In this document: in pieces, positions 12,756 through 27,300 of the stretch
Numbering within the stretch: the first letter of the stretch is position 1
How the letters are laid out: every line of letters begins with the position of its first letter
Assembly (NCBI GenBank): GCA_051294375.1
Contig: CM119264.1
Span: forward strand, 2,042,481-2,106,480
Reading direction: 5' to 3'
Origin: Paraspadella gotoi
Taxonomy: Eukaryota; Animalia; Chaetognatha
DNA: 64,000 nucleotides
Notes under the pieces: model-generated
Seen by the model: only the letters and a program-made list of their open reading frames with translations
Database searches by the model: none
Told to the model about the DNA's origin: nothing
Made by a program: the position numbers and the translations under genes

Positions 12756-14485
12756 TTGTAAAATTCGATCTTAAAAAGTGAATAAATTAACTGATTGATG
12801 AAATATAAATAATTTAGATGAGAAATCCAACGTNNNNNNNNNNNNNNNNNNNNNNNNNNNNNNNNNNNNNNNNNNNNNNNNNNNNNNNNNNNNNNNNNNN
12901 NNNNNNNNNNNNNNNNNNNNNNNNNNNNNNNNNNNNNNNNNNNNNNNNNNNNNNNNNNNNNNNNNNNNNNNNNNNNNNNNNNNNNNNNNNNNNNNNNNNN
13001 NNNNNNNNNNNNACAAAATTTCAACTCAATCTATCCATCGAATTATGATTAAATTATGGGTTAAAATTAGTAAAAAAAATTCAGGTAAATGTGACTTATG
13101 GTTTTTTTTTCCATTTAAACTCATTTTCACTCTCACGATTCCATCGAAACTTTATATCCAACTGAATCACACAGTTTCCGAATCACACAAAAATTTTATT
13201 CCAATCAATCCATCCAATCACGAGTAATTGGAGTTTTTTGCTAAGGGGGACGGACGAACGGACGAACGGACATCATTTTTAAAAATAATTTATCATAATT
13301 CGATGTTCTGACGTGATATAAGTGAATGACCGACGAGATTGAGGGTGTGGACCGACGGACCGACAAAATGGATTATAGAGTCGGGATCTGCGATAAGCAC
13401 ATCCGACTAAAAACCGAAAATAAAAGTCGATTATGACAGTGAGAACTAAGAGTAAATCTGGAGTTATTGGTCAATGAAGAAAGCTAAAGGTTAGTATTTT
13501 ATAATATGCAATATTGTTATGTCCTTCTTTTATAAATCGAATTAATAAAAAATACCAAGTTATCTCTCCATCGACTGCAATGGCTTCGCTCCTTCTGTTT
13601 CTGCCGATGCAATCTGGACTAATTCTTTGGTTAATCTTATTATTTGCAATTCTGGAACCGAGAATTTTCTTGATGTAGATCATTCGTTGAGTAAGGAAGA
13701 GAAGACTGAGCTTTCCAGGTGACATAAGGCTTCAGACGCAATCTTTATGGAAAAAGATAAAGAAAGAAATAAAAAGAATATAAATGAAAGAAAAAGCCTC
13801 ACGTTCCAAACTGAAGTAAAAAAAAAAAGAAAAAGCCTCACGTTCCCAACCGAAGACGGAAAGAAAAATATGTACAAAAATTGGCTCAGGGATTAGGGAT
13901 GGAAATCGGGTTTGCAATAACATTCAAGGGGCGAAAAGAGAATGGAATCAAAACAACGAGAGAGAAAAGGAAAAAAGAAAGGAAAAGAAAGGAAAAAGGA
14001 AAAAGAAAGGAAAAAGGAAAGAGAGACGATGGAATAAAAACAGGAAAAAAANNNNNNNNNNNNNNNNNNNNNNNNNNNNNNNNNNNNNNNNNNNNNNNNN
14101 NNNNNNNNNNNNNNNNNNNNNNNNNNNNNNNNNNNNNNNNNNNNNNNNNNNNNNNNNNNNNNNNNNNNNNNNNNNNNNNNNNNNNNNNNNNNNNNNNNNN
14201 NNNNNNNNNNNNNNNNNNNNNNNNNNNNNNNNNNNNNNNNNGGTTTTTTTTTTTGTTCACAGAAACATCACTGAGTCACCGAGTCACAGATTCAAACGTC
14301 CACAAATTTCACGAAACACGAAATCCAAAGTCTCACACATTTTCTCTCAATTTTATTCATTTTTTATCTGAATTTTATCTCATTCTGATTTTTATCTTTC
14401 CTCCAGTTTTCGTCTCCCGATTTTTTTTTCTCACCCTAATTTTAGGTTTTTTCGTCCTTCGGATGAGATGACCCGAAACGAGGGG

Positions 14486-14541
<56 letters not shown>

Positions 14542-15084
14542 CAAGGTCGGTGACGATTTTTCTGACGGCGATGGTCACGAAAAAAGTCATTTATTTATGT
14601 CGGAGAAAAGTTGAAAAATTAAGAAAGAAAGAAAAGAAAGAAAGGAAGAAGAGAAAAGAAATGAAAAAAAAAANNNNNNNNNNNNNNNNNNNNNNNNNNN
14701 NNNNNNNNNNNNNNNNNNNNNNNNNNNNNNNNNNNNNNNNNNNNNNNNNNNNNNNNNNNNNNNNNNNNNNNNNNNNNNNNNNNNNNNNNNNNNNNNNNNN
14801 NNNNNNNNNNNNNNNNNNNNNNNNNNNNNNNNNNNNNNNNNNNNNNNNNNNNNNNNNNNNNNNNNNNNNNNNNNNNNNNNNNNNNNNNNNNNNNNNNNNN
14901 NNNNNNNNNNNNNNNNNNNNNNNNNNNNNNNNNNNNNNNNNNNNNNNNNNNNNNNNNNNNNNNNNNNNNNNNNNNNNNNNNNNNNNNNNNNNNNNNNNNN
15001 NNNNNNNGCTATCCTTTATATCCTTGATTAATACTCCTCTTAAACTTAATTTTAATTATTTTCTAAAAGTTCACTCACATTACT

Positions 15085-15290
15085 AACCCATATTCCTAAC
15101 CTTAACCTAATCCCAAACCTTTATTCCTAACCCTGATCTAATCCCTAACTCTAATCCCTAACTCTAATCCCTAACTTTAATTCCTAATCCCCAACCCTAA
15201 TCCCTAACCTTATTTTCTAACCTTAATTTATTATTCCCTAACCATAAGTCTAACCAAATCCCTAACACAAATTCCTTATCTCAAACCCTG
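15085..15290. repeat. Degenerate (CCCTAA)-like interstitial telomere-like repeat
   Basis: cctaac/ccctaa/cttaac units; similar tracts at 16160-16380 and 41170-41240. Confidence 0.65.
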
Positions 15291-16159
15291 TACCAAAAAA
15301 CAAACTTAATTCTAAATTAATGTTAAAAAGGGTTGCTTTCGGAAAAGAGGGCCGAGTATTTTTCCCCCCTTTCTCCAATCTCATCCGATTCCTTTCTCAA
15401 CCTCGTAAATCCTTTCTCATCTCTTCCCCAATCTCATCCGATTCCTTTCTCATCTCTTCCACTCTTCAAAATCTCCGAAACTTTTTCCTTCTCCGGGAAA
15501 AAAATAATAATTTATTAATCGAAGTATAAATTTTTGGTATTAATGATGATATAGAGCGAGGATCTCGCCCGGAGGTGTTCCCTTCGCATGTTGAGAGAGA
15601 GAGAGAGANNNNNNNNNNNNNNNNNNNNNNNNNNNNNNNNNNNNNNNNNNNNNNNNNNNNNNNNNNNNNNNNNNNNNNNNNNNNNNNNNNNNNNNNNCCT
15701 TGGGCGCTAGAGGCCTTAAATTTGAAAGAAAAAAATGATAATAAAAACTAAAACTAATAAGGAAATAAGGAAATCGCCCCACGAGTTTTTTGACATAAAA
15801 TATTTGACAAAAGCAGAAAAAGAAAATAAAATTTATTTATCAGTAAAAAGAAAAAGAGGTTTACAGCGTAATTCCCTTTAAACGAAAAGAAGAAAATACG
15901 GTTAAATTGAGTTGGTTGAACAAAGGTTACGACGAAGTCGGTTTATGACGACCACGATGGGGAAACCCCTCGACGCTACAATGAAGCCGGAATCAAAAGA
16001 CAGACCGCTTTTCGCGATATCCATTCCTCACTGTACCCGATTATCGATTTTTTCTCCCATCGAATCGGCTCTACTTTCCCAAAACGGTCGATTTCTGGTC
16101 CTTTATCGCGGAATTTAATTTTAATCTTAATATTTAACCTAAACACGTTTTTTAACATA

Positions 16160-16380
16160 TAACCCTTAATCCCTAATCCCTTATTCCTAACCCTAATCCC
16201 AAACCCTAACCCTAACCCCTAACCATAACCCTAACCCTAAACCCTAACCTTAAACCTTAACCTTAAACCCTAACCCCAAACCTTAATCCCTAACCTTAAA
16301 TACTAATATTAATTATTAACTTAACTCTTAAACTTAACCTCTAATCTAATCTTTAACTGAAACAATTTAACCTAATTCTA
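16160..16380. repeat. Degenerate (CCCTAA)-like repeat
   Basis: aaaccctaaccctaacccctaaccataaccctaacccta... Confidence 0.7.
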
Positions 16381-16751
16381 AATATNNNNNNNNNNNNNNN
16401 NNNNNNNNNNNNNNNNNNNNNNNNNNNNNNNNNNNNNNNNNNNNNNNNNNNNNNNNNNNNNNNNNNNNNNNNNNNNNNNNNNNNNNNNNNNNNNNNNNNN
16501 NNNNNNNNNNNNNNNNNNNNNNNNNNNNNNNNNNNNNNNNNNNNNNNNNNNNNNNNNNNNNNNNNNNNNNNNNNNNNNNNNNNNNNNNNNNNNNNNNNNN
16601 NNNNNNNNNNNNNNNNNNNNNNNNNNNNNNNNNNNNNNNNAAAAAAAAAAAATTCTTTGGGAAAAGATTTTTTTTCTCTAAGAAGTTTTAATCTCTTTTT
16701 CTTTTTCTCGGATTAGAAAGACTTTGATGCTTCTCATCCGACCGAGTAAGA

Positions 16752-16828
<77 letters not shown>

Positions 16829-17184
16829 AGCGTCTTCATAGTCATCGTCATCTTCTTCTTCTTCTTCTTCTTTTCTTCTGACATTTTTCCTTTAATCTTG
16901 ATCGCCCTTAAAAGAATCCCCACGTGTGAGAAGAAAAAGACGACGACGACANNNNNNNNNNNNNNNNNNNNNNNNNNNNNNNNNNNNNNNNNNNNNNNNN
17001 NNNNNNNNNNNNNNNNNNNNCTCCTCCTCCTCCTCCTCTTCATCCACCCCCGCTTGACTCGTCACCGTGACCGCACGCAACATTTGACGCGCGCATGCGA
17101 CCGAAGAGAGAATGAGCACGCGGAAAAGAGAGAGATTAATTTGACAAAGAGCAGAAAAGAGGAAAATAATATATTTATTTATCA

Positions 17185-18850
17185 AGTGAAAAAGAAGAAA
17201 AGAGGTTTAGCAGCGTAAATTCCCCTTTTAAGACCGAAAGAAGAAAATACGGTTAAATTGAGTTGGTTGAGACAAAGGATACGAGGTAAGTCGTGTTTAT
17301 GAGCGATGCCACGATGGGGAAAGGTCCGGCCTTCGGACGGCTAATGCCAATGAACAGGCCGGAAGTCAAGAAAGAGACAGACGCCTTTTTCGACAGATAG
17401 GTCGCATAGTCCTCGAGCTGTGCCCGATTAATCGATTTTGATTCTCCCATGCGAAATGCGGGCTCTAAGCTTTCCACCAGAGAAAGCGGTCGATTTCGTG
17501 TGGTCCTTTATGACCGGAATATTTAATTTTATATCCTAATATTTAAACCTAAACACGTTTTTTAAACATCATAAGTACCGGTTAATCACCTAAGATTGCG
17601 CTTATTGCCTAAGCGGCCTATCGCATAATCCCTTAAAGCGCATATACCTCTAACCATGTACACCCTAACCTCTAAACCTAAAGGCGCTAAAGAACAGCCT
17701 AACCTTAAAGCGCTTAACTGCTCTAAACCCTAAGCGAGCCCCAAACCTGATCCCTAACCTTAACAATACTAATCGATTAATGGTATTGAAACTTGTTAGC
17801 TCTTACAACTTAACCTCTAATCTAATCTAATGCTTTAAATGGAAACATATTTAAAAGCCTCTAATTCTAAAGTATATAAATGAAAATGGGGGCCGGTTAG
17901 TGGAAATAATAAAGCTATTAGATATCTCTATGCGGAGTGCGTCTTATCTCATTTGCACATTCGAAGTCATTTTGTCTTTAAATTCTGGTAGTTGTTTTTG
18001 CACCTTTGACGTAAAGGTGTTTTATTGATATTGATTAGTCCTTTTGGTTTGTATAACATGTCTCGCTTTTAGTTGAAAGAAAATAAGTTACGATCCTTGA
18101 ATGTTCCTTTAATCTTGAGGGTTCAGCTAAGTGGACTTTATACCGACGCCAAATTCTGCCTGTCGACACTCTCTCATCTCTAATCTCTTGCTCTCTCCTT
18201 CTGTAGTGTCTCTCGTCTCTTCTCTTCCTCTCTCAGTGTCTGGCTGCGTTTCTCTTCTCTCGTCCATCTGTGCTCGTCGTTTATCTTCGCTCTCAGCTCT
18301 TTCGTCTCTAGTCTCTTTCCCCTCTCGTTCTTCTGCCCTCTCCCTCCTTGTCTCGATTCTCCCCTCGTGCGCGTTTTTCCTCTTTTCTCCCGTCTCCTTT
18401 TCTCGCGCTCTGCGCCTCTCTTGTCCTATAGCAGCTATAATCCCAAGCTAATTTGTTATTTCAGACTCTTAGTATCCTCATTTTTGCCACGCCGTGAAGA
18501 AAAAAAATGTTCTTTGCGGAAGATTTTTTTTCTACTAAGAGAGGTTATTAAAGTTCTCTTTTTCTTTTTCCTCACGGATTAAGAAGAGACTGGTTGAATG
18601 ATGCTTCCTCGATCCGACGGGAGTAATGATCGTCCGCGCCGGCGGCGGCGGTGGCGGCGGGCGGCGGCGGGGTGCTTCGGGCGGCGGCGGCGGGGGCAGC
18701 GTGCTTACCATAGTTCATGCGACCCCCCCTTCATCTTCGTCTGTCTTCTTCATTCTTTTCTTCTTGACATTTTTTCCTTTATATCTGTGATCGCCGCGAC
18801 GTTAAAAGAATCTCCCACGTGTGGAAGAAAGAAAGACCGACGACGTACGC
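17185..18850 (+). repeat. Indel-rich direct copy of ~15845-16950
   Basis: aaaagaggttt...gaaaatacggttaaattgagttggttg...acctaaacacgttttttaa and the (GGC)n block recur with many insertions. Confidence 0.8.
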
Positions 18851-20587
18851 GTAGAGTACTATTCAATAAAGACGTACGACGAGTAGCCAAAGTGCGACCC
18901 ATTATTGCGGTATGCCAGTGCGACGACCAGACCCCGCTCTCTCTGCTCTTCTCTCTCGTTTTCTGCGTCGTGCGTCCTTTCACACGTTATGGCCGACCCC
19001 CGCGTTGAGCTTCTGTCATCCGGTGACCTGCTTACGGCAATCATTGAGACGCGCTGCTATGGCCGACGGGAAGAGGAGAAATGTCAGGTCTTAGGCAGGG
19101 ATCGACCCTATCGCTGCCGCCCCCGCTCTCGTGCCGCTTCTCTCCAACCCAACCTTCTCTGCAACGCATCCCCTCCATGCCTCCTTCCTCGTCTCGCTCC
19201 TCTTTCCTTCTTCCTTTCTCACTCCCCAGCCCACGCGCGTGTGCTGCCGGCGCGCCGGGAGATTAAACTGTAGGGGGAACGACGAGATGAGACAGAAAGT
19301 GCGCCGAAAGNNNNNNNNNNNNNNNNNNNNNNNNNAAAGGACGAGCAATTGGAGAATCAGAGGAGATATTTCGAGATGCCAACTTGGTTGACTAATGATT
19401 ATTTTGTGGGGGATTAGGGTTAAGCAGTCTAGTTGTTTGTTTATCGTATTATGAAAGCTAACGCCGGGCGATGTTGAAGTTTGTTTTAGTTTTTCTTTTG
19501 TTTAACGTTTTCATTTTCGTTAAACGAATTTTCGTTTCTTTCGATTGTTGACTTTCAGCAAATTTGCGAAAAAGTTTGATCCGAAAAACTTGATTGATAA
19601 AAGCTTAGTTTTTTTATTTTTATGTCAAATATTAATCGAATGAAATCAATTGTGTTTATATCTAAACAATTTGTACTTTAGATTTGAAGAATTATTATTT
19701 CGTCATCAAAAATGACAGGAGTGAGGTAATGTCACAAATGTGACAGTGAGATTTGGAGTGACATCACGATTGACAGTGATTCTCACTTTTTATTCCGGAT
19801 TAAAAATCAATTTCCTTCCGTCGGAGATGATTTTTTATCTTTCGAGATTCANNNNNNNNNNNNNNNNNNNNNNNNNNNNNNNNNNNNNNNNNNNNNNNNN
19901 NNNNNNNNNNNNNNNNNNNNNNNNNNNNNNNNNNNNNNNNNNNNNNNNNNNNNNNNNNNNNNNNNNNNNNNNNNNNNNNNNNNNNNNNNNNNNNNNNNNN
20001 NNNNNNNNNNNNNNNNNNNNNNNNNNNNNNNNNNNNNNNNNNNNNNNNNNNNNNNNNNNNNNNNNNNNNNNNNNNNNNNNNNNNNTCAACTTCCCCTCTC
20101 TCTCTCCCTCTCATCTCCCCTTCTCTCCTTTCCTCTCATTTTTCTTCGATCGGAAATTTCCTCTTTTCAGACGAAACAAGAAAAAAAAATTCGGAGTCAA
20201 AATTCGGAAAATAGAGAAATTTTTTTCCTTTGATCAAGAAATCGACAGAGAAAAATATTATTATTAAATAAAGGCTAAAGTTCCCTTGGAACCAATCTCG
20301 GAATAGCTTATTTATTAAATGAATGGATAATTTTATATTGGTTGCACATATACACTAATAACCCAAAATGGAAACATCAAAGTATACCTATATGACGGTA
20401 TAAGTTTTTGATACTGATCCTATCCACGTCCAGATAAATACTCACTAATTAATATTACAGTAAAAAAAACAATATTTATCACACTATGAAGTGATATTAC
20501 TTTTGAAACGAATCTAACTCCCTTAATCAAGCAGCACCACTCAAATTTCTTACTCGTCAATCCAATGCGAAATTCTATATACTTCGA

Positions 20588-20635
<48 letters not shown>

Positions 20636-21820
20636 TTCATTGTTGTTCCTTGCCAACCCGATCTTTGCTCGATAACCAGTGACTTCGTGATTCCCTGATT
20701 CGGCATAAATCGAGCAAAACGAAATCCGATCTCGTTTCACTTCACGCATCTCGATTCACTCACCTTTTCACTTTTTCACGCTTCAACGAATTCCTCCTTC
20801 GAGACGCGATTTACTTTGTGAAATCTCATATCGAGATGAACATTTTCCTCTTTCTCACTGACTTCTTAACTTATTCTCTCTTTTTACTTAATTTAAGCCA
20901 ATTCTACTTTTTTTCTTGTGTTGCCTTTTGAATTTTCCACTTTAATTTCACTTCTCTTTCCTTATGAAATTGTTACAATCTAAATGGAAATTACACATTC
21001 ATTAAATAAATAAGCTATCTTNNNNNNNNNNNNNNNNNNNNNNNNNNNNNNNNNNNNNNNNNNNNNNNNNNNNNNNNNNNNNNNNNNNNNNNNNNNNNNN
21101 NNNNNNNNNNNNNNNNNNNNNNNNNNNNNNNNNNNNNNNNNNNNNNNNNNNNNNNNNNNNNNNNNNNNNNNNNNNNNNNNNNNNNNNNNNNNNNNNNNNN
21201 NNNNNNNNNNNNNNNNNNNNNNNNNNNNNNNNNNNNNNNNNNNNNNNNNNNNNNNNNNNNNNNNNNNNNNNNNNNNNNNNNNNNNNNNNNNNNNNNNNNN
21301 NNNNNNNNNNNNNNNNNNNNNNNNNNNNNNNNNNNNNNNNNNNNNNNNNNNNNNNNNNNNNNNNNNNNNNNNNNNNNNNNNNNNNNNNNNNNNNNNNNNN
21401 NNNNNNNNNNNNNNNNNNNNNNNNNNNNNNNNNNNNNNNNNNNNNNNNNNNNNNNNNNNNNNNNNNNNNNNNNNNNNNNNNNNNNNNNNNNNNNNNNNNN
21501 NNNNNNNNNNNNNNNNNNNNNNNNNNNNNNNNNNNNNNNNNNNNNNNNNNNNNNNNNNNNNNNNNNNNNNNNNNNNNNNNNNNNNNNNNNNNNNNNNNNN
21601 NNNNNNNNNNNNNNNNNNNNNNNNNNNNNNNNNNNNNNNNNNNNNNNNNNNNNNNNNNNNNNNNNNNNNNNNNNNNNNNNNNNNNNNNNNNNNNNNNNNN
21701 NNNNNNNNNNNNNNNNNNNNNNNNNNNNNNNNNNNNNNNNNNNNNNNNNNNNNNNNNNNNNNNNNNNNNNNNNNNNNNNNNNNNNNNNNNNNNNNNNNNN
21801 NNNNNNCGTTCGACGAGAAA

Positions 21821-21918
21821 CGGAAATAAATTGCGGCAAAGATTTCTTGCCGCAAGTTGCTACGNNNNNNNNNNCGGAAATAAATTGCGGTAAGGACTTC
21901 TTGCCGCAAGTTGCTACG
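21821..21918. repeat. Two copies of a ~44-bp unit with an internal hairpin (TTGCGGCAA...TTGCCGCAA), next to a large gap
   Basis: cggaaataaattgcgg(c/t)aa...ttcttgccgcaagttgctacg at 21821 and 21875; perfect 9-bp inverted repeat in the first copy. Confidence 0.7.
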
Positions 21919-22595
21919 GAATCGTATTCCTACAGCAACGCAGCGTTGGAGTCGAGTCTTATGATAACCGCACTTTACCAAAGGACTACGTTGCTTCTGA
22001 AGCACAGGCCTATAGCGCAATACTACAATGGCACATTTTAGTATTGGGTAGTATTCTAGCACAGCCTACAGCATCACAGCGCCTTGTTTCGACAATGCAA
22101 TGCTCCAGCAGCACACCGTTACAACACCACTATGTTTAGTGTGCTGCTCTGTCACACACACGAGCGCGGCGTCGTTCTTTTTAAGCCGCTTTGGTTGGGA
22201 AGAAGGAAAAAAAGAAAATCCACAGAACGGATTGCGTCAGCGCGTCTTGACCAAAGGATTATCTTGACAGTCAATCGTCGGGATTAGCCTGACGCCTGTC
22301 GCCTGTCATCAAAGCGAGTTGCTGACATGGCAGTATGACATGGCACTATGGCTCAATTGCGAGAAAAAATAAATAAATTATGATTTGATTACTCATTTTC
22401 AAAAGACGAAAAAAAATTCACAGTAAGAGTAAAAGATTACAACGAGGAATTGTTATCTAAGATTCACGTGAGATTTTCCGCATTTCTCTGTCACAGTTAC
22501 GACATGACGCACCGCACTGCTGCTCGCTTCTCTCTCCTCTCTCTCTCTCTCGTCTCTCTCTCTCTTCTCTCTACTCTCTCTCTCTTCTGCTCTCT

Positions 22596-22630
<35 letters not shown>

Positions 22631-23862
22631 GCGCCCCTTTCATTACCTCCACACTCCACTTTCACTTCTCGTCTCGCGGCTCACGCTAGCACGCGAATCT
22701 CGGCCTCACGGGGCGACGATGATGTCGCGTTCCTCCCCCCTTCCTCCCTCTCTCTCTCTCTCCCTCCCTCTCTCCCTCTCTCCCCTTCCTCTTCCTCTCT
22801 TGTCGCACCATAGAACTCCCGCGGTGAGGTCGAATCGAGGAAGAGGAAGAGGCCCGTGTTAATTCAACGAGATAAGGAAGAGGAGGAGGAAGGATGAATA
22901 AACTCTTGAAAGAGAAAGAAAAAAAAAGAGAAAAAAAGAAAAAAATCGTATTTTATTTTTTTCCGAGTTGTTGAGTTGTTGTTGTGACGATTAAGCTGGG
23001 AGATTAAGTTTAAGTTAAGTTTAAGTTAAGTTAGGATTAAGTTGAGTTGTTATAGATTTGAGATGACGAATAAGCTTGAAGATTAAGTCAATTTAAGTTT
23101 ATGTAAAGTTATTTAATCATTACTGCTTTAAATACTCATTTTGTGAGTTTTGTGTAGCACAAATTTTACAGAAATGTTTCAGTATTAATGTATCGTCAAG
23201 AAAAGGTCCCATAAAGAAAATCTATTGTCAACGTAATTTAACATCTCTCTCTCTCTCTCNNNNNNNNNNNNNNNNNNNNNNNNNNNNNNNNNNNNNNNNN
23301 NNNNNNNNNNNNNNNNNNNNNNNNNNNNNNNNNNNNNNNNNNNNNNNNNNNNNNNNNNNNNNNNNNNNNNNNNNNNNNNNNNNNNNNNNNNNNNNNNNNN
23401 NNNNNNNNNNNNNNNNNNNNNNNNNNNNNNNNNNNNNNNNNNNNNNNNNNNTCTCTCTCTCCCTCTCAAGCTTTCGCTTTCTGCCATCGGAAGAGTTTCA
23501 TTTTCGAAAACTTGGTTGTCGTCGTCGTCGTCGTCGTCGTCGTCGCGCGATCGTCGTTCATTTAGTCGCCTCCATTTGTCCCGTTGCATTCTCGTCGTCG
23601 TCGTCATCGTCGTCATTTTCGCGAGACTTCTTCCTCTTCGTCGTCGTCATCGTCGTCGTCATCTTCGTCGTCGTCATTTTCACGTCCCGTCACCACGACG
23701 ACGTCAATTGTCTCTCGTTTCTTTTTTTTTAAATCGAAAAAAAAAATGAACAAAGAAAAAAATAAAAAAGTAAAAAATAAAAGAAAAAATATTTAAAATC
23801 GAATTTCGCTATTTTGGCTCCAAAATCGAAATGATTGTAATTTTCGGCCCGTGACACTTTTT

Positions 23863-23906
<44 letters not shown>

Positions 23907-24221
23907 GGCGCCTCGATATTTTTTTTTATGACGTTTGACTGAAAAAAGCGACAATTTTCTCGGGTTTTTCTTTCTTTCTTTCTCTTTCTTTCTTCTTCTT
24001 TCTTTCTTTTTCTTTCTTTCTTTTGATTTCTTTTTTCGTAAGTTTTTTACTTTATTTTTTTCTTTTCTTTCTTTCTTTCTTTCTTTCCTTCTTTCTTTTA
24101 TTTTCTTTTATTTTCTTTTATTTTCTTTCCTTCTTTCTTTTATTTCCCGCCGTTTTCCTCGCGTGTCTCGCGTTCGAGGACGAGTAACTTCTTCAATTGT
24201 ACCGAAGAAGAAACGCGTCAA

Positions 24222-24325
<104 letters not shown>

Positions 24326-27300
24326 ACGAAAGAAAGAAGTCAAACGACAAAATAAGGAAGCCGACGAAAAACGAAATTAGGTTAACCGTGTCAAAAACAA
24401 AAAAATTCTCCGTCTCGAAAAAAAAAAAGATAAATAATAAAAATTAGAGAATAAAGATCAATAACCCTTCGTCTCTTAGAAATGTAAAATACGAAAATCA
24501 CAGTATTTCACATCGAGAGAAAAAAAATCTGTAAATTGTGTGAAACTCGATTTTATTTTTCGACATGAAAACTTTTTGGGTGGAGGCGTGAATGAGTTTG
24601 AAGGATGAAGACTCTCACAATTAATCTCTCTCTCTCNNNNNNNNNNTTTGTCTCACCATTAATTTCTCTATCTTTTCATGTCACTTCAAGTGTCTAAAAG
24701 GAAGAAGTTTGTTTGTTTATATATCAGCGAAAAAAACCGCGAAAATTGTAAAAGTTTCAGTCATTCGGAATTCTTTCAATTTTAGTCTTCGTTCTTCATC
24801 CTTAATTTTATTATTTTTAACTTTACCCAGTTTTTTTTCCTTTTAGTAATTTAGTTATTTATTTCTTCTCCGCTGTTTCAACCCATTTGTATAATTTCTT
24901 CCGAAATGACGCTTCCCCGCTGTACGTCCGTTTTTTATGTCACTTTTTTATTTTCCTTTTTTTTCTTTTCTTTTTTTCTTTTTCTTTTTTTGTCTTTTCC
25001 TTTTTGTCTTTTTTTTCTTCTTTCTTTTATTTNNNNNNNNNNNNNNNNNNNNNNNNNNNNNNNNNNNNNNNNNNNNNNNNNNNNNNNNNNNNNNNNNNNN
25101 NNNNNNNNNNNNNNNNNNNNNNNNNNNNNNNNNNNNNNNNNNNNNNNNNNNNNNNNNNNNNNNNNNNNNNNNNNNNNNNNNNNNNNNNNNNNNNNNNNNN
25201 NNNNNNNNNNNNNNNNNNNNNNNNNNNNNNNNNNNNNNNNNNNNNNNNNNNNNNNNNNNNNNNNNNNNNNNNNNNNNNNNNNNNNNNNNNNNNNNNNNNN
25301 NNNTTGGACACGAAAAAAAAATCAGAGTTAATAATAATCATTTCTTATGGCGAAATTGGGGTTTTGCTTTTTTTGGACGACGACGACAACGACAACAACA
25401 AAAACGACGACAACAACTTAAAACCCAACGCGCGATAACAACAACGACAAAGACAACAACCAATAAATCTGAAAACCAAACGACATACGTACTTTTTTTC
25501 CAAATCGACACCGAAAATAAAAAAAGAAAAAGACTTTTGCCATTAACGAATTTTGTGTGTGAGTGAGTGTGTCGTTACGTGTGACGTAATCAATGTCATG
25601 ATAAATCCCCAACGTTTTTTACGATTTACTTTTTTTTTTAAGCTACAACTTTTTAAAATATTTTAAAACGGTTAATTAGTTCAACCGTTTTTAATCAGCG
25701 ACGTCGCTTTTTTTTTTCTCAATGAGTCAGAAGTAAAAAATAACGCAATTTATTTGAGAGTTTTTGATTAGTTCCGAATTCTAAATTCTCAATTCGTATT
25801 ACGTTTTTTAATTTGTTTTTTATTAACACCGTTTTAAAGCAAGTTGTCAATAAATTTTCACAATATATCATAAAAATCACTTCGTCGGTCGCCGATTCAC
25901 ATTCACATTCGTATCCCTTTAATATAAATCCTCTTCGAAAACCTTTTGTCGATTTGACTAAAACTTGTGAATCTAATTTTTTTTTCTAAATTCACGTATT
26001 CGTCTTCACGTTTGGATCACTGATGTCATTCACACTTTATCACTCCCTTCAGCCCTGACACACCATCCCTCTCTCTTCTTCTTCCTCCTCCTCCTCCTCC
26101 TCCTCCTCCTCCTCCTCCGCCAACGAGAATTTTTCCCGCGATTCGAAAACCCTAAACGCTTTTCTCCGACAGCGGAGGCGTCACCCGTCGCCCGTCGCCC
26201 TTCGTCCGCCGCTCGTCGCCCGTCACTTCTCCGCCCGCAAAAGTTCGATTCGAAAAAATAAAAACTTATTTCGGGAAAAAAAAGTTTTAGAAAAATGAAA
26301 AAGAAAAAAAAAAAACATTTAAAAAATCCCGAGAGACAAAAGAATTTGTATTTTTTCTCGATTCTCGCGGGAAGGAGATTTTTTTGAATTTCTTGGGGTT
26401 TTTAAGCATCGAGTAGTGAAATACAAGTTTGAATACAATGAACAGTATATATAATTATATATGGACGGTAAGTCAAAGTTTTTTTTTAAATTTTTCATCC
26501 TGAGAATTAATTTTAATAAAAGAATTTTAAAGGAAATTTGATATAACTCTTATAATCTAAAAAAAATTAGTTTTACATCGCGAACAGATAATCTTTCAAT
26601 TTCTCTGAAATGATTTCAAATTATAGTAAGTTTAAAACGACTGGATATTTATCAAATTCGTTGGCTAAATCGTTTTGTCTTTCAAAATATCATTTTGCGA
26701 AATCACATCTTTTAAAACGAACAATGAAAACCCTTTTTTTTGGATCGCGTCGTATTTTATATTAACAAAAGGATATAATAATAATAAAGTTTTTTCTTTT
26801 TTTTTCTTTTCTTCTCATCTTGTTTTTNNNNNNNNNNNNNNNNNNNNNNNNNNNNNNNNNNNNNNNNNNNNNNNNNNNNNNNNNNNNNNNNNNNNNNNNN
26901 NNNNNNNNNNNNNNNNNNNNNNNNNNNNNNNNNNNNNNNNNNNNNNNNNNNNNNNNNNNNNNNNNNNNNNNNNNNNNNNNNNNNNNNNNNNNNNNNNNNN
27001 NNNNNNNNNNNNNNNNNNNNNNNNNNNNNNNNNNNNNNNNNNNNNNNNNNNNNNNNNNNNNNNNNNNNNNNNNNNNNNNNNNNNNNNNNNNNNNNNNNNN
27101 NNNNNNNNNNNNNNNNNNNNNNNNNNNNNNNNNNNNNNNNNNNNNNNNNNNNNNNNNNNNNNNNNNNNNNNNNNNNNNNNNNNNNNNNNNNNNNNNNNNN
27201 NNNNNNNNNNNNNNNNNNNNNNNNNNNNNNNNNNNNNNNNNNNNNNNNNNNNNNNNNNNNNNNNNNNNNNNNNNNNNNNNNNNNNNNNNNNNNNNNNNNN

